Positions 30,915 to 41,561 are shown, numbered from the stretch's first letter. The stretch is DNA of 64,000 bases from an uncultured Peptococcaceae bacterium (GCA_947625705.1 CANQPG010000001.1:56963-120962), one strand, 5' to 3'. Program-made: numbers and translations. Notes: a model not told the origin generated them from the letters alone.

Positions 30915-31577
30915 TTACTCCTGTTCGGCTGCCCCGTCCAGCTTGCGCTGCCAGACTTCCGGGTTGGATACCAGCTCGCGGCAAAGCTCGCCCAGGTTGC
31001 GCACGTCCTGCTCATAGGCGGCCTTTTTGCTCGCGTCATAGATCAGCGCGGCGGGGTGATACAGCGGGTAGACCCAGACGTTGTGGGTGCGCCAGAAGAA
31101 CGCCTGCCCGTGATAGCGGCCGACGGCGGCGCTTTCGCCCATCACATAGCTAAGCGGCACGCCGCCCAGCGTCACCAACAGCTTCGGCGCCAGCAGGCGC
31201 AGCTCCAGCTCCAGCCAGGGGGCGCAGGTCTTGATCTCGTCCGGGGTGGGCTTGCGGTTGGCATAGCTGCCGTAGATACCGCGATTGCTGGGGCGGGTGG
31301 GGCGGCATTTCACCACGTTGCTGATGTATACCTCCTCGCGCTTTAAGCCGGCCAGCCGCAGAAAATCGTCCAGAATTTCCCCGGCCTGCCCGCAGAACGG
31401 GCGCCCCTCCTGATCCTCGCGGCCGCCGGGCGCTTCGCCCAGCATGAACACCATCGGCTTTTCGCGGTATTCGCCCGCCACGGCCTGCGTGCGCGTTTCA
31501 CACAGGCGGCAGCGCCGGCATTGCTTCAGCGCCGCCAGCCAGGTGGCAAAATCCAGCGGCTTCTTTTCCTCCGCCAT
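30915..31577 (-). CDS. uracil-DNA glycosylase, family 4
   Basis: Family 4 UDG motifs GEAPG and Cys cluster CRRCRLC. Confidence 0.85.
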   Translation of the reverse strand: MAEEKKPLDFATWLAALKQCRRCRLCETRTQAVAGEYREKPMVFMLGEAPGGREDQEGRPFCGQAGEILDDFLRLAGLKREEVYISNVVKCRPTRPSNRGIYGSYANRKPTPDEIKTCAPWLELELRLLAPKLLVTLGGVPLSYVMGESAAVGRYHGQAFFWRTHNVWVYPLYHPAALIYDASKKAAYEQDVRNLGELCRELVSNPEVWQRKLDGAAEQE

Positions 31578-31607
31578 AGCGCGTTCCTCCGCTTAAAAAC
31601 TTCTTAT

Positions 31608-32879
31608 TCAGTCCTCATAACCGGGGGCCACGGCCACCGGCTGCGGCTCGTTTCCGGTCAGTCTTTTCGCCGCGTCTTCCGGGAACAGCATCGCGCGCAC
31701 CCGCATCGGCAGCGCAAAGATGTTGATGAACCCGGTACCGTCAGCCTGATTATACACGTCGTCCACGCCAAAGGTGGCAAAATCCTCGCTGTACAGCGAA
31801 TAGGGGCTCTCCGTACCCGCCGCCGTCACGCTGCCCTTATAGAGCTTCAGGCGGACTTTGCCGGTGACGGTGCGCTGGGTGCTGTCCACAAACGCGTCCA
31901 TCGCCTCGCGGAGCGGCGAGAACCACACGCCGTCATAAACCAGCTCGGCATAACGCAGCGCCAGCTGCTCCTTGTAGTGCATGGTCACGCGATCCAGGCA
32001 CAATTCCTCCAGCTTCTGGTGCGCGTAATAGAGAATGGTGCCGCCGGGCGTTTCATAGACGCCGCGGGACTTCATGCCCACCAGACGGTTTTCGATCATA
32101 TCCACAATGCCGACGCCGTTTTTGGCGCCCAGCTCGTTCAGATAATCCATCAGCGCGGCGGGGGCAAGCTCTTTCCCGTCTACCCGCACCGGGATACCCT
32201 GTTCAAACTCAATTTCCACATAGGTGGGGGTATCGGGCGCCTGCTCCGGCGGGGTGCAGATCAGGAACATTTCGTTCTTCGGCTCGTTGGCCGGGTCTTC
32301 CAGATCAAGCCCCTCATGGCTCAAATGCCAGAGGTTTCTGTCCATCGAATAGCTGGTCTTTTTGGTGACGGCCAGCGGCACGTTATGGGCGGCGGCGTAA
32401 TCCATCGCCTGATCGCGCGACTGAATATCCCACTCACGCCAAGGGGCGATGATCTTCAAATCGGGCGCCAGCGCCTTTACGGCGGACTCAAAACGCACCT
32501 GATCGTTGCCCTTGCCGGTCGCGCCGTGGGCAATGGCCACCGCGCCCTCCTTGCGGGCGATTTCCACCAGACGGCGGGCGATCAGCGGGCGGGCAAAGGA
32601 AGTACCCAGCAGGTATTTGCCCTCATAGACCGCGCCGGCTTTCATCGTCGGGTAAATGTAGTCGGTCACGAATTCGTCGCGCAGATCCTCGATATACAGC
32701 TTGGACGCGCCGGTTTTGATGGCTTTCTCTTTCAGCGGCGCCAGCTCTTCGCCCTGCCCCACGTCGGCGCTCATCGCGATAACGTCATAGCCGTAGTTTT
32801 CTTTCAGCCACGGAATGATGATCGAGGTGTCCAGACCACCGGAATACGCCAGCACAACTTTTTCTTTTTTGTTAGTCAT
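31608..32879 (-). CDS. argG: argininosuccinate synthase
   Basis: [11 protein letters not shown]-loop motif. 423 aa. Confidence 0.95.
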   Translation of the reverse strand: MTNKKEKVVLAYSGGLDTSIIIPWLKENYGYDVIAMSADVGQGEELAPLKEKAIKTGASKLYIEDLRDEFVTDYIYPTMKAGAVYEGKYLLGTSFARPLIARRLVEIARKEGAVAIAHGATGKGNDQVRFESAVKALAPDLKIIAPWREWDIQSRDQAMDYAAAHNVPLAVTKKTSYSMDRNLWHLSHEGLDLEDPANEPKNEMFLICTPPEQAPDTPTYVEIEFEQGIPVRVDGKELAPAALMDYLNELGAKNGVGIVDMIENRLVGMKSRGVYETPGGTILYYAHQKLEELCLDRVTMHYKEQLALRYAELVYDGVWFSPLREAMDAFVDSTQRTVTGKVRLKLYKGSVTAAGTESPYSLYSEDFATFGVDDVYNQADGTGFINIFALPMRVRAMLFPEDAAKRLTGNEPQPVAVAPGYED

Positions 32880-32987
32880 TTTGTTCGCTCCTTAAAAATG
32901 TTTTCTATTATAAAAGTTAATATTTTGAACGATTTTCGCCTATATTTTACTATATATTCCTGATTTTGCCAAGTGTTTTATTATCTG

Positions 32988-33172
32988 GCGGTCTTTGATA
33001 AATTTTTTCGCTACATGAGTTCCGCTTCGCTGCACTAAATTTCGCGAAAAAAATTATCAAAGCCCACTTTAACAAGCCCTTCATTGCCGGCGGGCTCGGA
33101 TAATACTTTCCCGCTGATTTTAGCGAAGCGCAGCGGAGGTCATGAAGCGGGAAAGTTTTATCGGAGCCCCGC
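32988..33172. repeat. palindromic intergenic repeat cluster 2: two copies (32988-33066, 33092-33172)
   Basis: The same family, long-loop variant with inner core CATGACCTCCGCTGCGCTTCGCTAAAAT. Confidence 0.75.
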
Positions 33173-33181
33173 AAAAACTTA

Positions 33182-34141
33182 TCACTTATCCAACAATAAT
33201 AACGCCATGACGGCCATCTGGGCATACAAACGATTTTCAGCTTCGTCAAAAATCTCCGGGTGGCTCTCGAAAACTTCTTCCGTAATTTCCTCGCCGCGGT
33301 GGGCAGGCAGACAATGCAGCACCATCGCGTCCGCCTTGGCCTGCGCCATCAGCTTGTCATTCACCTGATAGACCCCGGCAAACACCGCCTCGCGCGCGGC
33401 TTTCTCCGCCTCCTGACCCATCGACGCCCAAACGTCGGTGTAGATAACGTCGGCGTCTTTCGCCGCTTCCATGGGGTCGTTCACCACGGTGACGCTGCCG
33501 CCGGCGTCTTGCGCCGCCGCCTGCGCTTCGGCCACCACGTGCGCGTCGGGCAGATACCCCTCCGGGCAGGCGCAGCAGACGTGCATGCCCATACGCGCCC
33601 CGCCGTTCATCAGCGAGTGCGCCATGTTGTTGCCGTCGCCGATAAACGCCATTTTCAGCCCGGCCAGCTTCCCCTTATGCTCGCGTATCGTCTGCAGATC
33701 GGCCAGCACCTGGCAGGGGTGCAGCAGATCGGTCAGCCCGTTGATGACGGGAATATCGGCATATTCCGCCAGCTCGGTCACGATGTCGTGGCTGAACGTG
33801 CGGATCATCAGCCCGTTCAGAAAGCGCGAAAGCACCCGCGCCGTGTCCTTGATCGGCTCGCCGCGGCCAATTTGCAGGTCGTGCGAGGACAGGAACAGCC
33901 CCATGCCGCCCAGATAATAAATGCCGCTTTCAAACGAAACGCGGGTGCGGGTGCTGCTTTTCTCGAAGATCAGCCCCATCGTTTTGCCCTTTAAGTAGGG
34001 CGTTTCATGCCCCGCCTTATGCTCGGCTTTCAAATAATCCGCCACGTCCAGAAAATACGCCAAGTCCTCGGCTGTATAATCCAGCAGCGAGAGGAAATCT
34101 CGCCCGGCGTAATCAGTTTTCAGTTTCATAAGTTCAGTCAT
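33182..34141 (-). CDS. argF: ornithine carbamoyltransferase
   Basis: STRTR carbamoyl-phosphate motif and HCLPA. The start at 34141 forms an ATGA overlap with the argD stop. Confidence 0.93.
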   Translation of the reverse strand: MTELMKLKTDYAGRDFLSLLDYTAEDLAYFLDVADYLKAEHKAGHETPYLKGKTMGLIFEKSSTRTRVSFESGIYYLGGMGLFLSSHDLQIGRGEPIKDTARVLSRFLNGLMIRTFSHDIVTELAEYADIPVINGLTDLLHPCQVLADLQTIREHKGKLAGLKMAFIGDGNNMAHSLMNGGARMGMHVCCACPEGYLPDAHVVAEAQAAAQDAGGSVTVVNDPMEAAKDADVIYTDVWASMGQEAEKAAREAVFAGVYQVNDKLMAQAKADAMVLHCLPAHRGEEITEEVFESHPEIFDEAENRLYAQMAVMALLLLDK

Positions 34142-35334
34142 GCGCACACCTCCGTCAATACGTCATGCAATATCTGCAAAAATTCGTCCGCTTCCGCCCG
34201 GCTGATGGTAAGCGGCGGGATAAACCGCAGCACCGTGCCCGCCGTGCAGTTAATGAGCAGCCCGCGCTCCAGGCATTTCTTCACGATGTCCGCGCCGGGG
34301 ATAGTTAGCTGCAAACCCAGCAGCAGCCCACAGCCCCGCACCTCCAGCAGGCAGGGGAACTCGTTGATCATCTCGCCCAGGCGCTCTTTAAGATACGCGC
34401 CGGTGGCCGCCGCCTGTGCCGGGATATCCTTATCCAGCATTTCATTAAGCACCGCCAGCCCCGCCGCGCAGGCCACGGGGTTGCCGCCGAACGTGGAGCC
34501 GTGGTCGCCCGGCTTGAACGCCTGCGCCACCTTGTCTTTCGCCATAAACGCGCCCAGCGGCAGGCCGCCGCCCAAAGCTTTCGCCAGCGTGATGATATCG
34601 GGGCAGACGCCGCTATTCTGATAGGCGAACAGTTTGCCCGTGCGCCCCATGCCCGTCTGCACCTCGTCGTAGATCAGCAGGATATCCCGCTCGTCGCAAA
34701 GCTGCCGCAGCGCCTGCAAAAATTCGGCGTCGGCGGGGTAAACGCCGCCCTCGCCCTGCAAAGGCTCCAGCATAATGGCGCAGGTCGCTTCGTCCACCGC
34801 GGCCAGCACGGAAGCCAGATTGTTGTACTGCGCGTATTTGAAGCCCGGCGCCAGCGGCTCAAAGCCCAGGTGCATTTTATCCTGGCCGGTGGCCGTCAAC
34901 GTCAGCAGCGTCCGCCCGTGGAACGAGTTTTTCATCGTGACGACGCATTTGCGCTCCGGGTGTTCCTTATAGATCGCATAACGCCGCGCCAGCTTCACCG
35001 CGCCCTCGTTGGCCTCGGCGCCGCTGTTGCCGAAGAACACCTTATCGAAGTCGGAATTCTGCACCAGCAGCTCGGCCAGCTGCACCTGCGGCTCAAGCCA
35101 ATAAAGGTTGGAAGCGTGGATAAGCTGCCGCGCCTGCGCCGCAATGGCCTGCGCCACCGCCGGGTGCGCCTGCCCCAGCGCGTTGACGGCGATACCCGCC
35201 ACAAAATCCAGATATTTATTGCCGTCGGCGTCGAAAACGTACGCGCCCTCGCCCCGCACCATCGCCATAGGCAGGCGGTTGAACACGTTCATGCAATACT
35301 TTTCGCCTTTGGCCTTGATTTCCGCGTTGTTCAT
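34138..35334 (-). CDS. argD: acetylornithine aminotransferase
   Basis: Class III PLP aminotransferase in arg operon context. Confidence 0.92.
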   Translation of the reverse strand: MNNAEIKAKGEKYCMNVFNRLPMAMVRGEGAYVFDADGNKYLDFVAGIAVNALGQAHPAVAQAIAAQARQLIHASNLYWLEPQVQLAELLVQNSDFDKVFFGNSGAEANEGAVKLARRYAIYKEHPERKCVVTMKNSFHGRTLLTLTATGQDKMHLGFEPLAPGFKYAQYNNLASVLAAVDEATCAIMLEPLQGEGGVYPADAEFLQALRQLCDERDILLIYDEVQTGMGRTGKLFAYQNSGVCPDIITLAKALGGGLPLGAFMAKDKVAQAFKPGDHGSTFGGNPVACAAGLAVLNEMLDKDIPAQAAATGAYLKERLGEMINEFPCLLEVRGCGLLLGLQLTIPGADIVKKCLERGLLINCTAGTVLRFIPPLTISRAEADEFLQILHDVLTEVCA

Positions 35335-35348
35335 GCCAAACGTCCTCC

Positions 35349-36215
35349 TTATTTGTTCACCACCATGGTGCCGATACCCTCGCGGGTGAAAATTTCCAGC
35401 AGTATGCAGTGCAGCACCCGGCCGTCCAGAATATGCACGGTGTTCACGCCGCTTTTCACCGCGTGGACGCAGCAGTCGATCTTCGGGAGCATTCCCCCGG
35501 CGATCACGCCGTCGCGCTTCAAGCCCTCCACCAGCCGCACGGGGAGGACGGATATCAGCGAGCTTTTATCCTTATAATCGCGGAACAGCCCCTCCACGTC
35601 GGTCAGCAGCACCAGCTTTTCCGCCTTAAGCGCCGCCGCCACCGCGCCCGCCGCCAAATCGGCGTTCACATTGTAGCTTTCGCCGTGGCGGCCGACCGCC
35701 ACCGGGGAAATAACGGGGATATATTCCTGATCCAGCAGCGAATTTAAAAGGTCAACGTTGACGCTTTCCACCTCGCCCACCAGGCCAAGGTCGGCCTCGC
35801 CACGCTTTTTGTGGGCGACGAGGAGGTTCGCGTCCGCGCCGGAAAGCCCCACCGCCGCGCCGCCGTTCTGGTTCAGATACTTGACGATACTGCTGTTCAC
35901 CTTGCCGGTAAGCACCATCTCCACCACCTGCATGGTGGCCGGGTCAGTCACGCGCTGGCCGCCGATAAACTCGGATTTCAGCTGCATTTTGTCCAGCATA
36001 CTGTTGATGTCGGGGCCGCCGCCGTGCACCACCACCGGGCGCATGCCCACCAGCTGCATCAGCACCACGTCTTTCAGCACGGCTTCTTTCAGTTCCTCGT
36101 TGATCATGGCGTTGCCGCCGTATTTGATCACCACCGTTTTGCCGTGGAATTTTTTGATGTACGGCAGCGCCTCCACCAGTATCGAGGCTTTGTCGATGGC
36201 CGAAAAATCGTTCAT
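35349..36215 (-). CDS. argB: acetylglutamate kinase
   Basis: Amino-acid kinase family, 288 aa. Confidence 0.93.
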   Translation of the reverse strand: MNDFSAIDKASILVEALPYIKKFHGKTVVIKYGGNAMINEELKEAVLKDVVLMQLVGMRPVVVHGGGPDINSMLDKMQLKSEFIGGQRVTDPATMQVVEMVLTGKVNSSIVKYLNQNGGAAVGLSGADANLLVAHKKRGEADLGLVGEVESVNVDLLNSLLDQEYIPVISPVAVGRHGESYNVNADLAAGAVAAALKAEKLVLLTDVEGLFRDYKDKSSLISVLPVRLVEGLKRDGVIAGGMLPKIDCCVHAVKSGVNTVHILDGRVLHCILLEIFTREGIGTMVVNK

Positions 36216-36248
36216 TTCTGCTTTCTCCCAAATTATGTATCGTTATGT

Positions 36249-37499
36249 CTAGCTGCGGTAATCCGCGTTGATGTTCACATATTCATGGCTTAAGTCGCAG
36301 CCCCAGGACGTGGCGGTATACGCGCCCCGCCCCAGCGTCAGCAGGATTTTGATCTCCCGCTCCTGCAAAATTTTGGCAGCCTGCGCTTCGTCAAACGGCA
36401 AGCCCGCGCCGTTCTGCATAAGGTCTATGCCGCCCGCCGCGCTTTCCAGCCGCAGGTTCACTTCCGCCGTGTCAAACTCCGCCCCGGAATAGCCCGCCGC
36501 GCAGATGATACGCCCCCAGTTGGCGTCCTCGCCGTAAAACGCCGCCTTGACCAGGCTGGAGCAGACGACCGCCTTGGCCGCCAGCCGCGCGTCTTTTAAG
36601 CTCGCCGCGCCGGCAACGACACATTCCAGCAGCTTCGTCGCCCCCTCGCCGTCATACGCCATCAGCTTGGCCAGCCGCGCCGCCACAAAGATAAGCGCCG
36701 AAAGAAACGCCGCATAACCCTCGCCGTCCGCCGCAACCGGGTCATTCCCCGCCGCGCCGTTCGCCAGCACCAGCATGGTATCGTTGGTGGAGGTGTCGCC
36801 GTCCACCGTCACCATATTGAACGTGGCCGCCGCCGCCTCGGAAACAGCCTTTTGCAGCGCGGGCTGCGCGATCGCCAGGTCAGTGGTGATGAAGCACAGC
36901 ATGGTCGCCATGTTGGGGTGGATCATGCCGCTCCCCTTGGCCATGCCGCCCACGGTGATCAGCTTGCCCTGATATTCATACGTCACGGCGCACTGCTTCA
37001 GGCAGGTGTCCGTCGTCATAATGGCCTCGGCCGCGTCACGGCCTCCCTCATACGTCAGCTTGCCCGCGATGTCGGCCACACCGTCCAGCACGGTTGCAAT
37101 CGGCATAGTCACGCCGATCACGCCGGTGCTGCAAACCAGCACCTCGTCTGCCGGGATATGTAACGCCTCGCCCACGGCCTGTGCCGTTTGCGCCGCGTGC
37201 TCGTCGCCAACTTTCCCGGTGCAGGCGTTGGCGTTGCCGCTGTTCACCACGATGGCGCGCGCCGCGCCTTTTGCGTTCACCTTACGGCACCAGTTTACCG
37301 GCGCCGCCGCAAATTTATTCTGCGTAAACACGCCGCCGCAGACCGCCGGCCGCTCCGACGCCAGCAGCGCCAGATCCTTTTTCGCCGCGTTGTTTTTAAT
37401 ACCGGCGTGGATACCCGCCGCCACAAAGCCCCTGGCCGCCGTCACGCCGCCGCCGATCTCCTGCATGGCATGGGCGGCGTTCATATTATTCTCTGTCAA
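36249..37499 (-). CDS. argJ: bifunctional glutamate N-acetyltransferase / ornithine acetyltransferase
   Basis: ArgJ autoproteolysis-site region (..ATML..). Confidence 0.92.
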   Translation of the reverse strand: MTENNMNAAHAMQEIGGGVTAARGFVAAGIHAGIKNNAAKKDLALLASERPAVCGGVFTQNKFAAAPVNWCRKVNAKGAARAIVVNSGNANACTGKVGDEHAAQTAQAVGEALHIPADEVLVCSTGVIGVTMPIATVLDGVADIAGKLTYEGGRDAAEAIMTTDTCLKQCAVTYEYQGKLITVGGMAKGSGMIHPNMATMLCFITTDLAIAQPALQKAVSEAAAATFNMVTVDGDTSTNDTMLVLANGAAGNDPVAADGEGYAAFLSALIFVAARLAKLMAYDGEGATKLLECVVAGAASLKDARLAAKAVVCSSLVKAAFYGEDANWGRIICAAGYSGAEFDTAEVNLRLESAAGGIDLMQNGAGLPFDEAQAAKILQEREIKILLTLGRGAYTATSWGCDLSHEYVNINADYRS

Positions 37500-37533
37500 A
37501 ATACTATCACTCTTTCCTTTATATTTTCGCCGC

Positions 37534-38574
37534 TTACGGCATCATCGGGAGCTGTTCCAGCCCCATCGTCTCGGGCAGGCCGAACATCAGGTTCAAATTC
37601 TGCACCGCCTGACCGGAAGCCCCCTTAACAATATTATCGATCGCCGAGCTGATGACCAAAATACCCGTTCGGCTGTCTAATTTCAAGTTAATATCGCAGA
37701 AGTTGCTGCCCGCCACCCATTTGGTGTGCGGCCAAACCCCCTCCGGCAGAAAGCGCACGAAGTATTCGTCCGCGTACGCCGCCTGATACAGCTCCCGCAG
37801 CTCCTTTTCCGCCACGGGTTTTTTAAGCTGCGCGTACACTGTGGCCAAAATGCCCCGGCTCATCGGCGTTAAATGCGGCGTGAACAGCACCTGCGCCGGC
37901 TCGCCCGCCATACGCGAAAGCCCCCGCTCAATTTCCGGTGTGTGGCGGTGCCCTGCCACGCCGTATGCGTTGATACTGTCGTTGCTCTCGCAGAACAGCA
38001 GATGTTTTTCCGCCTTACGCCCCGCCCCGGTGATACCGGATTTGCAGTCGGCGATGACCGGGCGGGAAAGATCGGCCAGCCCCGCCTTTAACAGCGGATA
38101 CAGCGCCAGCTGCACGCTGGTGGGATAGCAGCCGGGATTGCCCACCAGATCGGCGCCCTTAATTTCATCGCGCCAAATTTCCGGCAGGCCGTATACCGCC
38201 TGCGGCAAAAGCTCCGGGTGCGGGTGGCGGGTCTTATACCACGTTTCGTATACCGCCGCGTCGTCGAAGCGGAAATCCGCGCCAAGATCGATCACCTTAA
38301 CGCCGCGCGAGAGCAGCTGCGCCGACGTCTCCGCCGAGACCCCGGCCGGCAGCGCCAAAATCGCCACATCGCAGGCGGCCAGACGCTCGATATTCATTTC
38401 CTCCACCGGCATATTCACCTGTTCCCGAAACCACGGCGAAATATCCGCCAGCTCCTGCCCGGCGTTGCTGTGGCCGAACAGGGCGGAAATCTCCACCTTG
38501 GGGTGGCGGGACAACAGGCGTATCGCCTCGCCGCCCGCATACCCGGCAGCGCCCACTATGGCCGCTTTGATCAT
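37534..38574 (-). CDS. argC: N-acetyl-gamma-glutamyl-phosphate reductase
   Basis: Semialdehyde dehydrogenase family, 346 aa. Confidence 0.93.
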   Translation of the reverse strand: MIKAAIVGAAGYAGGEAIRLLSRHPKVEISALFGHSNAGQELADISPWFREQVNMPVEEMNIERLAACDVAILALPAGVSAETSAQLLSRGVKVIDLGADFRFDDAAVYETWYKTRHPHPELLPQAVYGLPEIWRDEIKGADLVGNPGCYPTSVQLALYPLLKAGLADLSRPVIADCKSGITGAGRKAEKHLLFCESNDSINAYGVAGHRHTPEIERGLSRMAGEPAQVLFTPHLTPMSRGILATVYAQLKKPVAEKELRELYQAAYADEYFVRFLPEGVWPHTKWVAGSNFCDINLKLDSRTGILVISSAIDNIVKGASGQAVQNLNLMFGLPETMGLEQLPMMP

Positions 38575-38610
38575 CGAAAATCACACTCCTTGTGACCGAT
38601 TATAAGGCAT

Positions 38611-38651
38611 ATTATATACCCGCCGCGCGCAAATTGCAAGAGGCAATTTGC
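38611..38651 (-). promoter_or_regulatory. arg operon promoter (TTGCAA-17-TATAAT) overlapped by a 9-bp perfect inverted repeat GCAAATTGC-N5-GCAATTTGC
   Basis: Hexamers at 38634-38639 and 38611-38616. The inverted repeat at 38629-38651 is a candidate ArgR/AhrC operator. Confidence 0.4.
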
Positions 38652-38693
38652 TATAATATACAAAAACCGTGCATATTTTATCAGAAATTGCTT

Positions 38694-39659
38694 TCATGAT
38701 AAATATACACGGCGTAAATTGCGTCCGCAGGCGTCGGCACACTGCATAATGCGCTCCCGCTCGGCAGGGGAAAGCTCTCGCCGCGGCGCAATCAAATGAT
38801 ACGGCAGCTCCGGTGAGACCGCCTCGGCCAGATAAGCCGAAAGCCCGGCCAGCATGATGGGGTCGTCGTTTTTGCCGAAGATGATGGGCGTCGCCACCTC
38901 CAAATGCACGGTGCTTTCCGCCAGCAGCCGCAGCGACCGCAGCACCGCCTCAAACTGTATGCGCATTTCCTCGCGGTAGAACAATGGGTCGAAGCTGAAA
39001 AGGTCAAACCGCACGGCGCCGAGGTACGGGATAAGCTCGGTGAGCGGGCGGGGATTGACAAAACCCGCCGTCGCCAAAATGCAGCGCATATCGCACTTTT
39101 GCAGCAGCATGGCCGTCTGCATGATGAACTCATACCACAGCAGGGGTTCGGCGTAAGCGAACGCCACGCCCACCAGCCCCTGCGGCACCATATTCATACA
39201 TATATTCACGATGTCGCGCGGATAGATCGTCCGCCCGGAGCCCGGTTCCGCCCCAAACTGCTCGCGCCCGCCGCCGGGTGAGATGAAGTTGCAGCCGAAA
39301 GACCCCAGCTTCAGCACCGCGCCGCCCGACGCGTATTCCGCCAGCGGGATACTTTCCACCTTGGCGAATTGCAGCAGGGAAAGCCAATTATGGTTGGCCG
39401 CCCAAAGCCTGGCGTCCCTGTTATAGCGCGTGCCGCACCAGCCGCGCTCGCCCGGGGCCAGCTCGCAGAAGCGGGGGCAGAGATCGCAGCCCACCGCGCC
39501 CGCCGGCAGGCGGTGGCAAAAGGCCGCCTCGCCGCGCGCCACCTGCGGCCGCGCCGAATATTCTCGCATACCAAACGTCTCCATGACTGAAAAAATACTT
39601 ATGCGAGTTAATTCGGCAAATTTTGCGCAAACCCTCTTTTGCGGGCGGCTTTTGGCCAT
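38694..39659 (-). CDS. PflA/AmmeMemoRadiSam-like protein in which the canonical radical-SAM CxxxCxxC motif appears degenerate
   Basis: N-terminal CDLCPRFC..WCG auxiliary Cys motif typical of this family. At the position where CxxxCxxC is expected, the sequence reads GCNFISPGGG with a single Cys. Confidence 0.45.
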   Translation of the reverse strand: MAKSRPQKRVCAKFAELTRISIFSVMETFGMREYSARPQVARGEAAFCHRLPAGAVGCDLCPRFCELAPGERGWCGTRYNRDARLWAANHNWLSLLQFAKVESIPLAEYASGGAVLKLGSFGCNFISPGGGREQFGAEPGSGRTIYPRDIVNICMNMVPQGLVGVAFAYAEPLLWYEFIMQTAMLLQKCDMRCILATAGFVNPRPLTELIPYLGAVRFDLFSFDPLFYREEMRIQFEAVLRSLRLLAESTVHLEVATPIIFGKNDDPIMLAGLSAYLAEAVSPELPYHLIAPRRELSPAERERIMQCADACGRNLRRVYLS

Positions 39660-39674
39660 GTCAAAAACTTCCGC

Positions 39675-40418
39675 CTAAAAATCACTCACCGGCTGGTCGG
39701 CGTAATAACCGACGATACCGAGGAACACCGCGTATGCCGCCAGCTGCTGATAACCGGGATCGGCCAGCAGCTTCTCCTCCTCCGGATTGGATAGAAAGCC
39801 CACCTCCACCACGATCGAGGGGATCGCCAGATTGTTCACCACGTATATGTTCTGAATGGATTTAGCCACGCGGTCGGTGTTTTGCAGCACGGAAGCCAGG
39901 CTCTGCTGGATACTCTCGGATAACCCCTTGCCCTCGGTGCTCCCCGCCGCGTAGAACACCTGGCCGCCGCGATACTGCGCCTGCGGAATACTGTTAGACT
40001 GAATGGTGATGAAGAGGTCAGCCTCGGCTTCCTCCGCGATCGCCACCCGGCGCTTGATATCCTCCCGCTTGGTTTCGGCAAGAGCCGTGTCTTCCGTCCG
40101 CGTTTCCACCACATTCGCCCCCACCTGCCGCAGCAGAGCGGCCACCCGGCGGCTGACGGCCAGATTGACGTCCTTTTCCAGCGTCCCCGCGCCGCCGACT
40201 GCGCCGGGATCAAAACCGCCGTGACCCGCGTCGATCACGATGACCTTGCCCAGCAGCGCCAATGCCAGCGCCTCATGCTCGTCCTCCGCCCCCAGCTTCG
40301 GCAGTTCAAAAGCGCCCGCCAACACCAAAACAAAAGCCAGCGCCAGCACCAGCATACTGCGCAGACGCAGCAGCCGACGTGCCGCACGCAGGCTGATTGG
40401 GGCAATTTTCCGTTTCAT
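39675..40418 (-). CDS. cwlD: N-acetylmuramoyl-L-alanine amidase, germination-specific CwlD-like
   Basis: Amidase_3 domain (VIDAGHGG..E..N), N-terminal membrane anchor, in a sporulation neighbourhood. Confidence 0.8.
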   Translation of the reverse strand: MKRKIAPISLRAARRLLRLRSMLVLALAFVLVLAGAFELPKLGAEDEHEALALALLGKVIVIDAGHGGFDPGAVGGAGTLEKDVNLAVSRRVAALLRQVGANVVETRTEDTALAETKREDIKRRVAIAEEAEADLFITIQSNSIPQAQYRGGQVFYAAGSTEGKGLSESIQQSLASVLQNTDRVAKSIQNIYVVNNLAIPSIVVEVGFLSNPEEEKLLADPGYQQLAAYAVFLGIVGYYADQPVSDF

Positions 40419-40502
40419 TACGCCACCCCCGGAAAGAGAGTTCTGGGGGATATATATGCCGGGCAGCTTAAAATAAGTAAGCTGAAAACAAAAAAATTGT
40501 AC

Positions 40503-40750
40503 AGGGTTTTGATAATTTTTTTCGCGAAATTTAGCGCAGCGCAGCGGAGGTCATGTAGCGAAAAAATTTATCAAAGCCCTTTTTGTATTGTTTTGGCAGG
40601 GCTCCGATAAAACTTTTCCACTTCATGACCTGCGCTAAATCAGTGGAAAAGTATTATCCGAGCCCTTTATGTTGCTTTGGCGTGGCATTGATAAAACTTT
40701 CCACTTCATGACCTGCGCAAATTACGTGGAAAGTATTATCAATGCCCGCC
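40503..40750. repeat. palindromic intergenic repeat cluster 3: three copies (40503-40580, 40598-40667, 40683-40750)
   Basis: The same repeat family, with both short-loop and long-loop variants. Confidence 0.8.
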
Positions 40751-40752
40751 GG

Positions 40753-41520
40753 TTAGACATACTTGCGCAAGCGCAGCAGCGCATTTTTTTCCAAACGGCT
40801 GACCTGCGCCTGGCTGATACCGATTTCTTCGGCCACTTCCATCTGCGTCTTGCCGACGAAAAAGCGCAGCCCGATGATCTTCTGTTCCCGCTCGTTCAGG
40901 GCGGCAAGGGCATTGGCGATAGCCAGCTGCTCCGTCCAAAGCTGATCGCCCGCCTTTTCGTCTTTCACCTGATCGACGACGTATATCGGGTCGCCGCCGT
41001 CGTTATAGATCGGCTCGAAAAGCGAGACCGGCTCGGCGATCGCGTCCAGCGCGAACACCACCTGCTCCGCCGGCATGGCGAGGCGCTCCGCCACCTCGGC
41101 GATTTTCGGCTCGCGCCCTTTCTCCGCCGCCAGCTGATCACGGGCGGAAAGCGCCTTATACGCCAGATCGCGCACCGAACGGCTGACGCGAATGGTGTTG
41201 TTATCGCGCAGATACCGCCGGATCTCGCCGATGATCATCGGCACGGCATAGGTGGAAAAGCGCACGTTCAGCGAGAGGTCAAAATTGTCGATCGCTTTCA
41301 GCAGGCCGATACAGCCGACCTGGAACAGATCGTCGGGGTTTTCGCCCCGGCTGCCGAACCGCTGGACGATGGAAAGCACCAGCCGCAGGTTGCATTTCAC
41401 CAGCTTATCCCGCGCCGCCTTATCGCCCGCCTTGGCCGCATAAAAAAGCTCGCGCATTTCCTCGTTGCCCAGCACCGGCAGCTTGGCCGTGTTCACGCCG
41501 CAGATCTCCACCTTACGCAC
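40753..41520 (-). CDS. sigG: sporulation sigma factor G
   Basis: Near-identity to SigG over KVEICGVNTAKLPVL..NLRLVLSIVQRF..FSTYAVPMIIGEIRRYLRDNN. The start was placed at GTG 41520, which has a GGAGG Shine-Dalgarno. The track ORF begins at an upstream TTG. Confidence 0.9.
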   Translation of the reverse strand: MRKVEICGVNTAKLPVLGNEEMRELFYAAKAGDKAARDKLVKCNLRLVLSIVQRFGSRGENPDDLFQVGCIGLLKAIDNFDLSLNVRFSTYAVPMIIGEIRRYLRDNNTIRVSRSVRDLAYKALSARDQLAAEKGREPKIAEVAERLAMPAEQVVFALDAIAEPVSLFEPIYNDGGDPIYVVDQVKDEKAGDQLWTEQLAIANALAALNEREQKIIGLRFFVGKTQMEVAEEIGISQAQVSRLEKNALLRLRKYV

Positions 41521-41561
41521 CGCTATCGCCTCCGCAAAAATTTGGCTTTTTACAACAACCA

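Noticed and set aside
31521-32963. 480-aa plus-strand ORF
   Set aside because: It is antisense to argG.
32880-32990. ARG box upstream of argG (TTCAAAATATTAAC)
   Set aside because: It matches the TGAATwwwwATTCA consensus at only about half the positions, which is too weak to call.
40419-40502. sigma-E type promoter for cwlD (CATATATA -10-like)
   Set aside because: It is a partial match only, the -35 element is unclear, and it overlaps the first repeat copy.
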